Notes: generated from the sequence alone by a model not told the origin. DNA of 64,000 nt from Candidatus Eutrophomonas brisbanensis (GCA_038141705.1 JAYQIQ010000004.1:423179-487178), one strand, 5' to 3'; shown: positions 47,841 through 58,202, numbered from the stretch's first letter. Translations and numbers: made by a program.

Positions 47841-48536
47841 TTACGCAGTCCAGCTACCTTGGTCCAATCTAACCCCTGGACCCATCGTGCTAGAAATTGC
47901 CACACGCCTCAAATACACCCCTTTCGAGGAAGAGGGTTTACTTTTATTGAGCGCATCAATTAGTGCTTTAAAGTTTTCCACTAGATCTTGATCTGAAAAT
48001 GATGCTCGCCCGATCGTACAGTGAACAATTCCTGCCTTATCTGTACGGTATTGAACCTGACCGGCCTTAGCGTTCTTAACAGCCTCCGTAACGTTCGGAG
48101 TTACCGTGCCAACTTTTGGATTGGGCATTAATCCGCGAGGCCCCAGTATCTGACCGAGCTGACCGACGATACGCATTGCGTCAGGAGTTGCGATCACCAC
48201 ATCAAAATCCATCGAGCCCGATTTCACTTTCTCCGCAAGATCTTCAAATCCGACAATATCAGCACCCGCCTCTGTCGCCTCTTTCGCTTTGTCAGCCTGC
48301 GCAAATACAGCTACGCGAACGGATTTTCCTGTGCCTTTTGGTAACACGACCGCGCCACGAACGACTTGGTCCGACTTCCTAGCATCCACGCCAAGGTTGA
48401 CCGCAACATCAATTGATTCATCAAATTTTGCGGTGGCACCCTTCTTCGCTAAGCCGAGCGCCTCCTCAAGACCATAAAATTTGTTACTGTCCACTGCCTC
48501 TCGAACCTGCTTGGTTCTCTTCGAAATCTTTACCAT
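47841..48536 (-). CDS. rplA: 50S ribosomal protein L1
   Basis: [32 protein letters not shown]. Confidence 0.99.
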   Translation of the reverse strand: MVKISKRTKQVREAVDSNKFYGLEEALGLAKKGATAKFDESIDVAVNLGVDARKSDQVVRGAVVLPKGTGKSVRVAVFAQADKAKEATEAGADIVGFEDLAEKVKSGSMDFDVVIATPDAMRIVGQLGQILGPRGLMPNPKVGTVTPNVTEAVKNAKAGQVQYRTDKAGIVHCTIGRASFSDQDLVENFKALIDALNKSKPSSSKGVYLRRVAISSTMGPGVRLDQGSWTA

Positions 48537-48537
48537 A

Positions 48538-48966
48538 TTAATTCTCCACCTCAACGCCCATACTTCTCGCGCTACCCGCGATGATCTTCATGGCAGCATT
48601 GATGTCAGCAGCGTTCAAATCTTCCATTTTCGCTTTAGCAATTTCCTCAACCTGTGCCTTGGTTAATTTTCCAACCTTATCTGTGTGTGGTCTTGGGCTG
48701 CCTTTGGCAAGCTTGATTGCTTTTTTAATGAGCACTGACGCAGGAGGAGTTTTAACGATAAACGTAAAGCTTTTATCCGCAAAAGCAGTAATGACTACCG
48801 GTAAAGGTAGGCCTGGCTCGTAACTCTGCGTTTTTGCATTGAATGCTTTACAGAATTCCATGATGTTCAACCCTCGCTGACCTAAGGCAGGGCCTACAGG
48901 TGGGCTCGGGTTTGCCTTCCCAGCCGGGATTTGAAGCTTTATAAATCCAATAACTTTCTTTGCCAC
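48538..48966 (-). CDS. rplK: 50S ribosomal protein L11
   Basis: [29 protein letters not shown]; GTG start. Confidence 0.99.
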   Translation of the reverse strand: MAKKVIGFIKLQIPAGKANPSPPVGPALGQRGLNIMEFCKAFNAKTQSYEPGLPLPVVITAFADKSFTFIVKTPPASVLIKKAIKLAKGSPRPHTDKVGKLTKAQVEEIAKAKMEDLNAADINAAMKIIAGSARSMGVEVEN

Positions 48967-48989
48967 AATAACACTCCTTAAAAGTAAGT

Positions 48990-49020
48990 GCGGGTCCAAA
49001 CGCGCTCATTGCGCTCCCCA
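48990..49020 (-). promoter_or_regulatory. L1-binding leader of rplK-rplA
   Basis: GGGGAG-CGC..GCG-CG..GACCC resembles the proteobacterial GGGGAG..GCG..ACCC L1 site directly upstream of the rplK RBS. Confidence 0.55.
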
Positions 49021-49069
49021 AAAAAAAGACCGGGTGACAACCAATACGGCGCCACCAAGCCAATCTACT

Positions 49070-49597
49070 TTACGCTTTCTCTACCTGCCCAAAATCCAAC
49101 TCTACAGGCGTTGACCTTCCAAAGATCGACACCGACACTCGAATTTTATTTTTCTCGTAATTAACCTCTTCAACGTTTCCGTGAAAGTCCATAAATGGAC
49201 CATCTTTCACCCGAACGCTCTCTCCAGTCTCAAACAAGACTTTCGGTTTCGGTTTCTCAACACCCTCTTGAACTTGCTCAATAATATTGTCGACTTCCTT
49301 TTGACTAATCGGCGTTGGCTTATTCCCAGATCCGCCCACAAAACCCGTGACCTTAGGCGTGCTCTTCACCAAGTGCCAAGTCTCATCGGTCATCTCCATT
49401 TCTACCAGCACATAACCCGGGAAGAACTTCCTCTCACTGATAGCTTTCTGACCACCCTTAATTTCAACTACCTCTTCTACCGGCACCAGGATCTGGCCAA
49501 ACAATCCAGACAGCTCTGAACGCTGTATTCTCTCTTGGAGATTTTTCTTAACACTCTTTTCAAATCCAGAGTACGCATGAACAACAAACCACTTCAT
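49070..49597 (-). CDS. nusG: Transcription factor NusG
   Basis: [32 protein letters not shown]. Confidence 0.99.
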   Translation of the reverse strand: MKWFVVHAYSGFEKSVKKNLQERIQRSELSGLFGQILVPVEEVVEIKGGQKAISERKFFPGYVLVEMEMTDETWHLVKSTPKVTGFVGGSGNKPTPISQKEVDNIIEQVQEGVEKPKPKVLFETGESVRVKDGPFMDFHGNVEEVNYEKNKIRVSVSIFGRSTPVELDFGQVEKA

Positions 49598-49599
49598 CC

Positions 49600-49947
49600 T
49601 TAGCCCTCTAACCCAAGTAAAAGATTAATTACGATCGAGAGCGTTCCATCGATACCCCATAGCACCAGCGCCATCACAAAAACAAACGCAACAACAACCC
49701 CGGTGGTTTGCACGGTTTCCTTCTTATTCGGCCAAACTACTTTCTTGGTTTCAACAATGGCGTCTTTAGAAAATTGGATTAGCTCTTTTCCTTGCGGGGT
49801 GAAAGACATAACAATCCCAGACAGGACTAAACCAATAACCGCAATCAAGAACCTGACCACTGCGGGCAAATCAGCCATCATGTAGGACGCAACAATCCCT
49901 CCAACTAACAAAACTGCAGAAAGACTTAATTTGATTTTGTCCAACAT
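49600..49947 (-). CDS. secE: Preprotein translocase SecE
   Basis: Three hydrophobic segments and [10 protein letters not shown]; position between tRNA-Trp and nusG. Confidence 0.95.
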   Translation of the reverse strand: MLDKIKLSLSAVLLVGGIVASYMMADLPAVVRFLIAVIGLVLSGIVMSFTPQGKELIQFSKDAIVETKKVVWPNKKETVQTTGVVVAFVFVMALVLWGIDGTLSIVINLLLGLEG

Positions 49948-49996
49948 TAAAAATCCAAATCCCAATACGTAATAATCAGTTCAAGCAAGTGCTAAG

Positions 49997-50072
49997 TGGC
50001 AGGCCAGGAGGGTCTCGAACCCCCAACCTTCGGTTTTGGAGACCGACGCTCTACCAATTGAGCTACTGGCCT
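49997..50072 (-). tRNA. tRNA-Trp (CCA)
   Basis: AGGCCAGTAGCTCAATTGGTAGAGC..CTCCAAA..GGTTCGAGACC..CCTGCCA; 76 nt cloverleaf. Confidence 0.98.
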
Positions 50073-50086
50073 AATCCGAGATAACT

Positions 50087-51277
50087 TTACTCGAAGCCTT
50101 TTGATACGACTCCGGCGCCCACGGTTCAACCACCCTCTCGGATAGCAAAGCGTAAACCCTCTTCCATCGCGATCGGCTGAATCAAAGTCACCTTCATCTG
50201 AACGTTGTCACCAGGCATAACCATCTCGGTACCCTCTGGAAGATCAACGGAACCCGTTACATCGGTAGTTCTAAAGTAGAACTGCGGACGATAACCATTA
50301 AAGAATGGTGTGTGTCGGCCGCCCTCTTCTTTACTAAGAACGTAAACCTCTGCATCAAACTTCGTGTGTGGGGTAATGGAACCTGGCTTAGCCAACACCT
50401 GACCACGCTCAACGTCTTCACGCTTAGTACCTCGAAGAAGAACACCAACGTTATCACCAGCTTGACCTTGATCAAGTAACTTACGGAACATCTCAACACC
50501 CGTACAGGTAGTCTTCTCCGTAGCCTTTAGACCAACAATCTCGATTTCATCACCAACCTTAACAATTCCTCGCTCAACCCTTCCTGTTACAACCGTTCCA
50601 CGACCAGAGATAGAGAATACATCCTCAACTGGCATTAGGAATGCCATATCCAGCGTTCTTTGTGGCTCAGGAATATAAGAATCAAGTGCCTCAGCAAGCT
50701 TCATAATTGCAGCTTCACCATGCTCACCCGCGTCACCCTCAAGCGCTTTCAGCGCTGAACCTGTAACAATTGGGGTATCGTCACCTGGGAAGTCATACTT
50801 AGAAAGTAGTTCACGAACTTCCATCTCAACCAACTCAAGCAACTCAGCGTCATCTACCATGTCCGCCTTGTTCAAGAACACCACAATGTAAGGAACGCCA
50901 ACCTGACGCGCCAACAAGATATGCTCTCGAGTCTGTGGCATTGGACCATCAGCTGCAGAAACAACCAAAATCGCACCATCCATCTGGGCCGCACCCGTAA
51001 TCATGTTCTTCACGTAGTCAGCGTGGCCTGGGCAATCAACGTGTGCATAGTGACGGTTCGCTGTCTCGTACTCCACGTGTGCTGTGTTAATCGTAATACC
51101 TCGAGCTTTTTCCTCTGGAGCATTATCAATCTGATCGTAACCCCTCGCCTCACCACCTGAAGCCTTCGCTAACACTGTCGTAATTGCAGCCGTTAGCGTC
51201 GTCTTTCCGTGGTCAACGTGACCAATGGTTCCCACATTCACGTGCGGCTTTGTCCGCTCAAACTTTCCCTTTGCCAT
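50087..51277 (-). CDS. tuf: Elongation factor Tu (tRNA-linked copy) with an in-frame TGA at 50126-50128
   Basis: Same 1191-nt length as the other copy. AGA(Arg) reads TGA 12 codons before the natural TAA at 50087-50089. Confidence 0.93.
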
Positions 51278-51323
51278 AATTCCAACCCTCAATTAATTAC
51301 TGCAAATTTTCAAAAAAAAAACC

Positions 51324-51398
<75 letters not shown>

Positions 51399-51424
51399 TA
51401 CGCGATACAAGCCAAATACCTCTG

Positions 51425-51498
51425 TGGAGCGGGTGAAGGGAATCGAACCCTCGTCGTAAGCTTGGAAGGCTTCTGCTCTACCATTGAGCTACACCCGC
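51425..51498 (-). tRNA. tRNA-Gly (TCC)
   Basis: GCGGGTGTAGCTCAATGGTAGAGC..CTTCCAA..GGTTCGATTCC..CGCTCCA. Confidence 0.98.
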
Positions 51499-51605
51499 CC
51501 GTGTACTTGGCCAAACCAATGCAACAAACAGCTTTGGGCCAATGACCGTTACCCTTCAAAACAACAAATCCTGCGCCCCAGTTACCTCAAAAAACTAAAT
51601 AATTC

Positions 51606-51690
<85 letters not shown>

Positions 51691-51704
51691 GAACGAAGCC
51701 GAGC

Positions 51705-51733
51705 ATTATGGATTTTTCGTTATTCTTTGTCAA
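51705..51733 (-). promoter_or_regulatory. sigma70 promoter of the tRNA-Tyr-Gly-Thr-tuf operon
   Basis: TTGACA (51733-51728)-N17-CATAAT (51710-51705). Confidence 0.8.
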
Positions 51734-51927
51734 TCATTAGCTTACGGAAATAGAGCGACTTTCCACGCTTTAGGGAGCCTTCAAATATACACCGTTAATT
51801 GGATAAACATGCTAACGTCATCGGAGCGTAATTGACGCGCCGACAGCCCAATCTTTAAAACCATGAATTAAGGCCTGAGAATCAATCAAGTAAAAAAATA
51901 ATCAACATATAAAACAGATATTTATAA

Positions 51928-53022
51928 ATGATAATCAAGGATATACAAACAATAGAAATTCGTATTCCGTACACGGTTCTAGGAACCGCAAAAACCGATG
52001 CCTGGGGAGGTAAACACTGGTCCACGGCCGACGCGCTCCTGGTTCGTATCGAAACCGCCAACGGAATTATTGGTTGGGGAGAAGCATTCGGATACAACTC
52101 AATAGCAGCCACCAAGACGTGCATAGAGTCTCTCATAAAGCCTCTTTGTCTTGATCAAAATATTGATAATATTCAAGAATTTATGACCACTCTTCAGAAG
52201 AAATTACATATATTTGGCCGCGGTGGTCCGGTCATTTTCGGACTATCCGGTATCGATATTGCTCTTTGGGATATTTGGGCCCAAGAGAATCAAAGCTCTG
52301 TTGCTCAACTCCTTGGGGGTTCTAATTTTCAGGAAATTGACGCTTACGCGAGTCTCGTGAGATACGAAGACCCGAAGACGGTATCGGATAACGTCAAGCA
52401 CTGCGTAGACTTGGGGTTTAAGTACGTGAAACTTCACGAGATAGATCTGCGCGCAATCACAGCAGCGCGACGAGCGGACCCAAACGTACATTTGATGCTG
52501 GATGTTAACTGTCCCTGGAATACTGACGAAGCAATAGAGATGGCTAGAAATTTCCAGGAACTGGACATAACATGGTTAGAGGAGCCAGTGTGGCCGCCAG
52601 AAGATCATTTAGCTCTAGCAAAAATAAGAAAAGAAGGTGGAATCCCCTTAGCAGCTGGCGAAAATGCAGCGACACTTAAGCAATACGAAACCCTGATGGA
52701 ATCCGGATCAATCGATTTTATTCAACCGAGTCCCACAAAAACCGGTGGAATATCTACTACTTCTGAAGTGTTTAAGCTGGCAAAAAAATACAATGTTCGT
52801 GTTGTTCCACACAGCTTCTATGAGGGGCCCGGTCTACTAGCAGCAATCCAGACTAGCGCAGCGCTATCTGACAAACCGCTTGTGGAATGGAGATTTTTTG
52901 ACTGCGAGGATCATCTCTATGGAGAAGAGATTGTTCCAAAAAACGGAAAAATGTTAGTGCCTGATGGCATTGGACTCGGACTTTCACCAAGAGAAGAAGT
53001 GATCAGTAAGTACAAGGTTTGA
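51928..53022 (+). CDS. Mandelate racemase/muconate-lactonizing (enolase superfamily) enzyme, K-x-H variant
   Basis: GWGEAF, LSGIDIALWDI; metal ligands LDVN, WLEEP and AGEN; VPH. Confidence 0.9.
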   Translation: MIIKDIQTIEIRIPYTVLGTAKTDAWGGKHWSTADALLVRIETANGIIGWGEAFGYNSIAATKTCIESLIKPLCLDQNIDNIQEFMTTLQKKLHIFGRGGPVIFGLSGIDIALWDIWAQENQSSVAQLLGGSNFQEIDAYASLVRYEDPKTVSDNVKHCVDLGFKYVKLHEIDLRAITAARRADPNVHLMLDVNCPWNTDEAIEMARNFQELDITWLEEPVWPPEDHLALAKIRKEGGIPLAAGENAATLKQYETLMESGSIDFIQPSPTKTGGISTTSEVFKLAKKYNVRVVPHSFYEGPGLLAAIQTSAALSDKPLVEWRFFDCEDHLYGEEIVPKNGKMLVPDGIGLGLSPREEVISKYKV

Positions 53023-53498
53023 CGGGTTTCAACCCCCGACTGCAATCCTAATATCAACTCAATTTCGACGGGAACCCCTCTTGGTAATTGACGCACGCCG
53101 ACGGCTGATCGCGCGTGCTGGCCAGCTTCTCCAAATATATCAACGAGGAGATTCGACGCCGCGTCGATGACTTTAGGTTGATCACAAAAGCCATCTACGC
53201 AAGCCACAAAGCCTGTCATTTTGATCACACGAGAGATCCGAGTTAGGTCATTAAGGTCCCGTTGCAAAACCGACAAACCATTTAATATACATAGTCGAGC
53301 AGCGTCCCTTCCGAGATCAATTGAACAATCTCTTCCCAGAGTTCCAGTGATCAGGCCCGAGTCCTCAGTCCAAGGCAACTGTCCGCTCAGGAAACAAAAA
53401 TCTCCGAATATTGCAGTCGGCACATAGCTAAACGCCGGCTCCCTAGGAGGCGGAGGGCTTATCCCAAGTTCGCTCAATCGCTGATGTATGTAAGACAA
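52917..53498 (-). CDS. RidA/YjgF-family protein; true end probably near 53028
   Basis: YVPT..FLSGQLP..G.LG, KMTGFV, AASNLL..FGEAGQHARSAVGV..LP...PVEIE. Confidence 0.88.
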   Translation of the reverse strand: MSYIHQRLSELGISPPPPREPAFSYVPTAIFGDFCFLSGQLPWTEDSGLITGTLGRDCSIDLGRDAARLCILNGLSVLQRDLNDLTRISRVIKMTGFVACVDGFCDQPKVIDAASNLLVDIFGEAGQHARSAVGVRQLPRGVPVEIELILGLQSGVETRQTLYLLITSSLGESPSPMPSGTNIFPFFGTISSP

Positions 53499-53543
53499 AA
53501 GGTTAATCCCAGGTTATCCAGATTCCAAAACATTGAGATATCT

Positions 53544-55052
53544 CTATTTTTCGCCTAGAGCATAACGCATGACGTGGAATATGTAGTTTTGCTCTTTCAC
53601 ACCTCTAAATAGATGGGCCATAGGCCCAACGGCATAAATTGCAACATCCTCGCCTCCATGCGTTTCCATGTCTAGTGGAACGAGCGATTCCTGGTGAAAA
53701 CCCGGGCTTTCACTGTCAATATCTGTGAGGTCCTTGCGACCAAGGAAGATCTCCTCTTTATAGACTTCGTCGCCTCCCTCCTCGAGATCGTGAAATCCAC
53801 GCCCGTTCATGTACCCAATGGTGGTGTAAGGCAGGCCATCCTTGGCAAGGACCGGGGCTGATTCACCTGAATGGATAACCTTTCCTAAAATGGGGTTCCC
53901 CCTTTTTGGGTAACCAGCCAATGTCATAACGTGGCTGTGGTCAGCTGTGACTATTATTAATGTTTCATTTAGATCAACCAATCGAACCGCTTCCTCAACT
54001 GCGTCGGAGAGTTCAATCGCATCATGCAGGGCTCGGAAAGCGTTACCCGCATGGTGCCCATGATCAATTCGCCCCGCCTCGACCGATAAAACGTAACCAC
54101 TTGAATGACTGCTCAAAAGTTTGATCGCTGCTCTAGTCATGTCCACAAGTGAGGGCTGGGTACTATCGTCACCTGCTCCCCTGTCAACTGAATACGCCAT
54201 ATGGCTCGAAGAAAATAACCCCAAAGTCGGCACTAAGCTCGAGGAATCTAAATTTTCTAACTCTTCTTTTGTATGCAAGAAGCGACTACCCGGAGATTTA
54301 TTTAACCACTCAGAAATCAAATCACGACCGTCTTCGCGGCGCCCTTCTGAAAAATACTTCGAGGATTCTTTCGGAATAAAGGCTCTGGCACCCCCACCGA
54401 ATACAACGTCGATCCCGTCTCCAAAAGGGAATTCAATTAGTTGGCGCGCAATATCAGGCACATTGGACTCTCGGGGCACATCCGCATCTGACTCCCAATC
54501 TCGATTTGAAGTGTGCGCATAGCACGCTCCTGGGGTAGCGTGTGTAATCCTCGCCGTTGAAACGACCCCCGTCGCCATCCCGGCCTCTTCAGCAAGTTCG
54601 AAAATGTTTTTCACACTATTTTTTTGTATACGATCCCAGCCACGCTCTCCACGCATCACCCTATCGTTGACACCAAAAACACCCCCATTTGTTTTATAGC
54701 CTGTGACCATCGCACTCATGGTTGGGGCGGAATCTGGAGTTTGCTGATCAGCGCTGTAGGTCTTGGATAATGCGATAAAAGGAAATCTCTCAAAAGACAA
54801 AAGATTCCCCTCACCATCCACGCCTCGGTTCTGTCCATCAAGGATTCGAGCAGCCGTGACTGTGGAAACGCCCATCCCATCACCCACAAACAAAATGATG
54901 TTCTTTGCAGGGGAATGTGTTAACTGAACTTGCAGCTCTCGCTGAAGCTCATTCCAAACATCCTGATAATTGCTTCCCGCCGAGGCGGTTACGGAAAACA
55001 AAGAAATCAAGGCCAAGGAACATAAATATCTGACATACATAGGCAAGAGCAA
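53544..55052 (-). CDS. Secreted alkaline phosphatase (PhoA family)
   Basis: Signal peptide ending TASA; KNIILFVGDGMG, PDSAP (catalytic Ser), HATP, EAGRIDHGHH, TADHSH, THGGEDV. Confidence 0.93.
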   Translation of the reverse strand: MLLPMYVRYLCSLALISLFSVTASAGSNYQDVWNELQRELQVQLTHSPAKNIILFVGDGMGVSTVTAARILDGQNRGVDGEGNLLSFERFPFIALSKTYSADQQTPDSAPTMSAMVTGYKTNGGVFGVNDRVMRGERGWDRIQKNSVKNIFELAEEAGMATGVVSTARITHATPGACYAHTSNRDWESDADVPRESNVPDIARQLIEFPFGDGIDVVFGGGARAFIPKESSKYFSEGRREDGRDLISEWLNKSPGSRFLHTKEELENLDSSSLVPTLGLFSSSHMAYSVDRGAGDDSTQPSLVDMTRAAIKLLSSHSSGYVLSVEAGRIDHGHHAGNAFRALHDAIELSDAVEEAVRLVDLNETLIIVTADHSHVMTLAGYPKRGNPILGKVIHSGESAPVLAKDGLPYTTIGYMNGRGFHDLEEGGDEVYKEEIFLGRKDLTDIDSESPGFHQESLVPLDMETHGGEDVAIYAVGPMAHLFRGVKEQNYIFHVMRYALGEK

Positions 55053-55169
55053 ATCGACTAGAATTTATGAATTGGACACATCCTAGCAAAGAAATATTAA
55101 GCTCAACCAGACGGACTCGGTATCGTCAGCAACACCCGAGAAGGCTTTGGTTTCGCGCAAAACACGATC

Positions 55170-55529
55170 TTGGATAAGACATTGAACGAAGATTTATTAG
55201 AAAAAGAGGAAAACGTAAACTGGATTTATAAGTCACCTGGACGCACGACGCTGCTGTCTCTAACAATCGGAGTTGCGACTGCATGGGTTAGCATAAGCTT
55301 GGCCGTCGAGAACACTGCGCTTGACTCATTTAGATACTTTGCGGTTTTTTCAGTGCTCTTACTCCTACCCATCCTATCAATCGCTGGAATCGCGATGATC
55401 GCGACAACTGTAAAAAACTCTACAAATCAGCTGTCGTTTGTAACTAAGCTCGGGGTTATCACAGCTTTTGCGCTTAATCTTTTTGCGCTTTATGTTTTTA
55501 TTCGTTTGATTTATCGAGTGTTATTTTGA
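55170..55529 (+). CDS. Hypothetical small membrane protein (about 3 TM segments)
   Basis: 119-aa ORF filling the gap before larA, three hydrophobic stretches, TTG start, no family motif recognised. Confidence 0.55.
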   Translation: MDKTLNEDLLEKEENVNWIYKSPGRTTLLSLTIGVATAWVSISLAVENTALDSFRYFAVFSVLLLLPILSIAGIAMIATTVKNSTNQLSFVTKLGVITAFALNLFALYVFIRLIYRVLF

Positions 55530-55587
55530 AAAATTAAGGGATAACTTTCAAAAAAATTATGAAACAACGCGGAAGAACCTTGAGCAA

Positions 55588-56877
55588 ATGAAAGTCAATT
55601 TAAATTTTGGGAAAGATCATCTCTCAGTGAATCTTGATGAATCCTGGAACGCCAGCATCATTCGAAAATCCGCAATGCCAATCGAAGCAGATCCGGCATT
55701 AGCGATGAAAAGAGCCCTAGCGGACCCAATTGGCAGTGAGAAGCTCTCGACCGAGGCAAAAGGCTCGAGGACAGCAACCATTTTGATCTGCGATGTTACG
55801 CGCCCAGTCCCCAACCACATTATCCTTCCATCCCTAATAAGTGAATTGCTTCAAGCTGGGATCCAAAAGGAATCGATAACCATATTAATCGCGACGGGCC
55901 TTCACCGGCCGAATGAAGGGGAGGAGCTTCGCCAGCTCATCGGAGATCCTTGGATACTAGATAACATCCTGATTCAAAACCACTATGCTAGAAATGATGC
56001 AGACCATATCACTTTAGGTGAGACCTCAAAAGGAACAGTGGTAAAAATTGATAAGCGATTTGTGGATGCCGACTTAAAGATCGTTACCGGCTTGGTAGAA
56101 CCCCATTTCATGGCCGGTTATTCTGGAGGAAGAAAGGTAATAGCTCCAGGCATCGCTCACGCAGATACCATCACCACATTCCATAATTTTAAATTCATGT
56201 CTCACCCTAATGCAGACACATGCGTGATAGATGGTAATCCGCTACACGAAGAACAGGTCGAGATTGTGAAAATGCTCGGAAAAGTTTTGTGTGTAAACAC
56301 AGTGCTCGATGAGAATCGAAATCTATCCTACGCAAACTTCGGAGAAATTATCGGTAGTCACATGAAAGCCGTAGAATTCGCTGAAAAGTATGTTTCTGTT
56401 GCAACAAAAGAAAAATTCGACGTAGTTCTAACGAGCGGAGCGGGTTTTCCACTGGATCAAACGTACTACCAAACCGTAAAAGGGATGGTTGTTCCCATGC
56501 AAATTCTAAAAGACGGCGGAAAATTGGTCATAGCCTCACAGTGCACTGAAGGAATGGGGTCAGAAGAATACAAAAATGCACAACGCCAACTTGTCTCCCT
56601 TGGTGTAAAAAAATTCTTGAAAAATATTGCACAAAAATCCTTTGCAGATATTGATGAGTGGCAAACGCAAATGCAAACCAAAACCATGGAAATAGGATCG
56701 ATCCACTTGTACGAATCGGGCTTAAATGATGAAGAAAAATCATTGACTGGCGTGGAAATTATTGATGATATTGAATTATTTCTAGCTGGCTGTATGAAAC
56801 AAAAAAATGATGGGACCTATCCGACTCTAGCAGTGATTCCAGAAGGTCCCTACGTTGTACCACTTTATAAGGGCTGA
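55588..56877 (+). CDS. larA: LarA-family nickel-pincer-dependent racemase/epimerase
   Basis: DVTRP, ATGLHR, EPHFMAGYSGGRK, TFHN, YQTVKG, IPEGPY. Confidence 0.88.
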   Translation: MKVNLNFGKDHLSVNLDESWNASIIRKSAMPIEADPALAMKRALADPIGSEKLSTEAKGSRTATILICDVTRPVPNHIILPSLISELLQAGIQKESITILIATGLHRPNEGEELRQLIGDPWILDNILIQNHYARNDADHITLGETSKGTVVKIDKRFVDADLKIVTGLVEPHFMAGYSGGRKVIAPGIAHADTITTFHNFKFMSHPNADTCVIDGNPLHEEQVEIVKMLGKVLCVNTVLDENRNLSYANFGEIIGSHMKAVEFAEKYVSVATKEKFDVVLTSGAGFPLDQTYYQTVKGMVVPMQILKDGGKLVIASQCTEGMGSEEYKNAQRQLVSLGVKKFLKNIAQKSFADIDEWQTQMQTKTMEIGSIHLYESGLNDEEKSLTGVEIIDDIELFLAGCMKQKNDGTYPTLAVIPEGPYVVPLYKG

Positions 56878-56906
56878 TTACGCAGCATTATTTTGGAGAC
56901 CAAAAC

Positions 56907-58202
56907 GTGATTACCGAAAAAGTAGAGATAGAAATCGCTGGCGGACTAAGTTTAGCGCTACCAAAAATGTTGCGGGTAAAACAGAAATTTAATGCAGACG
57001 CAATTCATGATGTTGCCCACGCTACCGGGGAAGCATTAAGAAAACCCGAAATTCGAGAAAAAATCAAAGCTGGCCAGGTAATAGCTGTAGGTTGTGGCAG
57101 CCGTGGAATTGCAAACATCAACGTTATTGCCAAATCGGTTATAAGCGAACTACTTGATCTAGGCGCTAAACCGTTCATTTTTCCATGCATGGGAAGCCAC
57201 GGAGCCGCGACCGCTAAAGGACAAAAAGAGGTGCTCGCGGGATATGGGATAACAGAAGAGACCATGGGCGTGCCGATTAAGGCCACCATGGATACGGTAG
57301 TTGTTGGACACCTAAGCGACGAAACGCCAGTACACATGGACGCGTATGCCGCATCGGCGGATGGCATTGTCGTTATCAATCGAATTAAACCGCATACGGC
57401 ATTTCGAGGAGCGACCGAAAGCGGGTTGACCAAAATGCTTGCCATTGGAATCGGCAAAATAAACGGTGCCGCCACCTATCATCGGCACGGTATGGATATG
57501 TTCCCAGAACTCTTACCTGAGGTTCGGGATGTGAACATCAAAAATAGGAATGTTTTGTTTGGCGTTGGTATTGTTGAGAACGCCTACGATCATACAAAGA
57601 TCATCGAAGCAATCCCAGCTGAAAAGATTGCCGAGCGCGAACCAGTCCTGCAAGCGCTCGCGAAAGAGAACATGCCAAGATTAAATTTTCCATCTGTGGA
57701 TGTGCTTATCATTGACGAAATGGGGAAAAATATCAGTGGCGCTGGATTTGACCCAAATATAACCGGACGCAATCGACGTGCTGTTGATTGGAATTCAGAA
57801 TTAGATGTTAAAAAAATTGTGGTTCTGGGACTGACTCCTGAGAGCCATGGAAACGCGACTGGAATTGGCGGCGCTGATGTCACGACTATGAAGCTATTTA
57901 ACCAAATGGACGTTTCTGCGACTTACGCCAACGTTATAACGTCGATGAACTTAGATGGCGCTGCTATCCCAATTGTAATGAATAACGACAACGAGGCGAT
58001 CAATCTCGCCGTTAAAACCGTAGTTCGAACAGCACCAGAGAACTGTAAGATTATTCGTATCAGAAACACGCTATCACTCGGAGAAATTTTCGTATCAGAG
58101 AATTTATCAGAAACAGTTCAATCGAATTCGAGCTTCTTCGAAATTATTTCAGATGCAAAACCATTTACTTTTGATGCAGACCAGAATTTAGAAGCATTCT
58201 GA
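56907..58202 (+). CDS. LarA-superfamily (DUF2088-like) protein, second divergent subfamily
   Basis: AVGCGSRGIANI, PCMGSHG, NRIKPHTAF, ESGLTKMLAIGIGK, ATYH, VGIVENAY, GKNISGAGFDPNITGR, GNATGIG; GGAG RBS; 29 bp after larA. Confidence 0.78.
   Translation: MITEKVEIEIAGGLSLALPKMLRVKQKFNADAIHDVAHATGEALRKPEIREKIKAGQVIAVGCGSRGIANINVIAKSVISELLDLGAKPFIFPCMGSHGAATAKGQKEVLAGYGITEETMGVPIKATMDTVVVGHLSDETPVHMDAYAASADGIVVINRIKPHTAFRGATESGLTKMLAIGIGKINGAATYHRHGMDMFPELLPEVRDVNIKNRNVLFGVGIVENAYDHTKIIEAIPAEKIAEREPVLQALAKENMPRLNFPSVDVLIIDEMGKNISGAGFDPNITGRNRRAVDWNSELDVKKIVVLGLTPESHGNATGIGGADVTTMKLFNQMDVSATYANVITSMNLDGAAIPIVMNNDNEAINLAVKTVVRTAPENCKIIRIRNTLSLGEIFVSENLSETVQSNSSFFEIISDAKPFTFDADQNLEAF

Larger units (their letters stand above)
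33568..51277. repeat. Near-identical ~1.19 kb direct repeat pair (tuf copies 33568-34758 and 50087-51277)
   Basis: By-eye alignment finds about 10 mismatches. Confidence 0.95.

Noticed and set aside
50126-50128. UGA recoding (Trp or Sec) suggested by the in-frame TGA beside tRNA-Trp
   Set aside because: The homologous residue is Arg, TGA is an ordinary stop in many genes here, the tRNA-Trp anticodon is standard CCA, and there is no SECIS-like hairpin.
55053-55170. Pho box upstream of the alkaline phosphatase
   Set aside because: No CTGTCAT-type 11-bp direct repeat was found on either strand.
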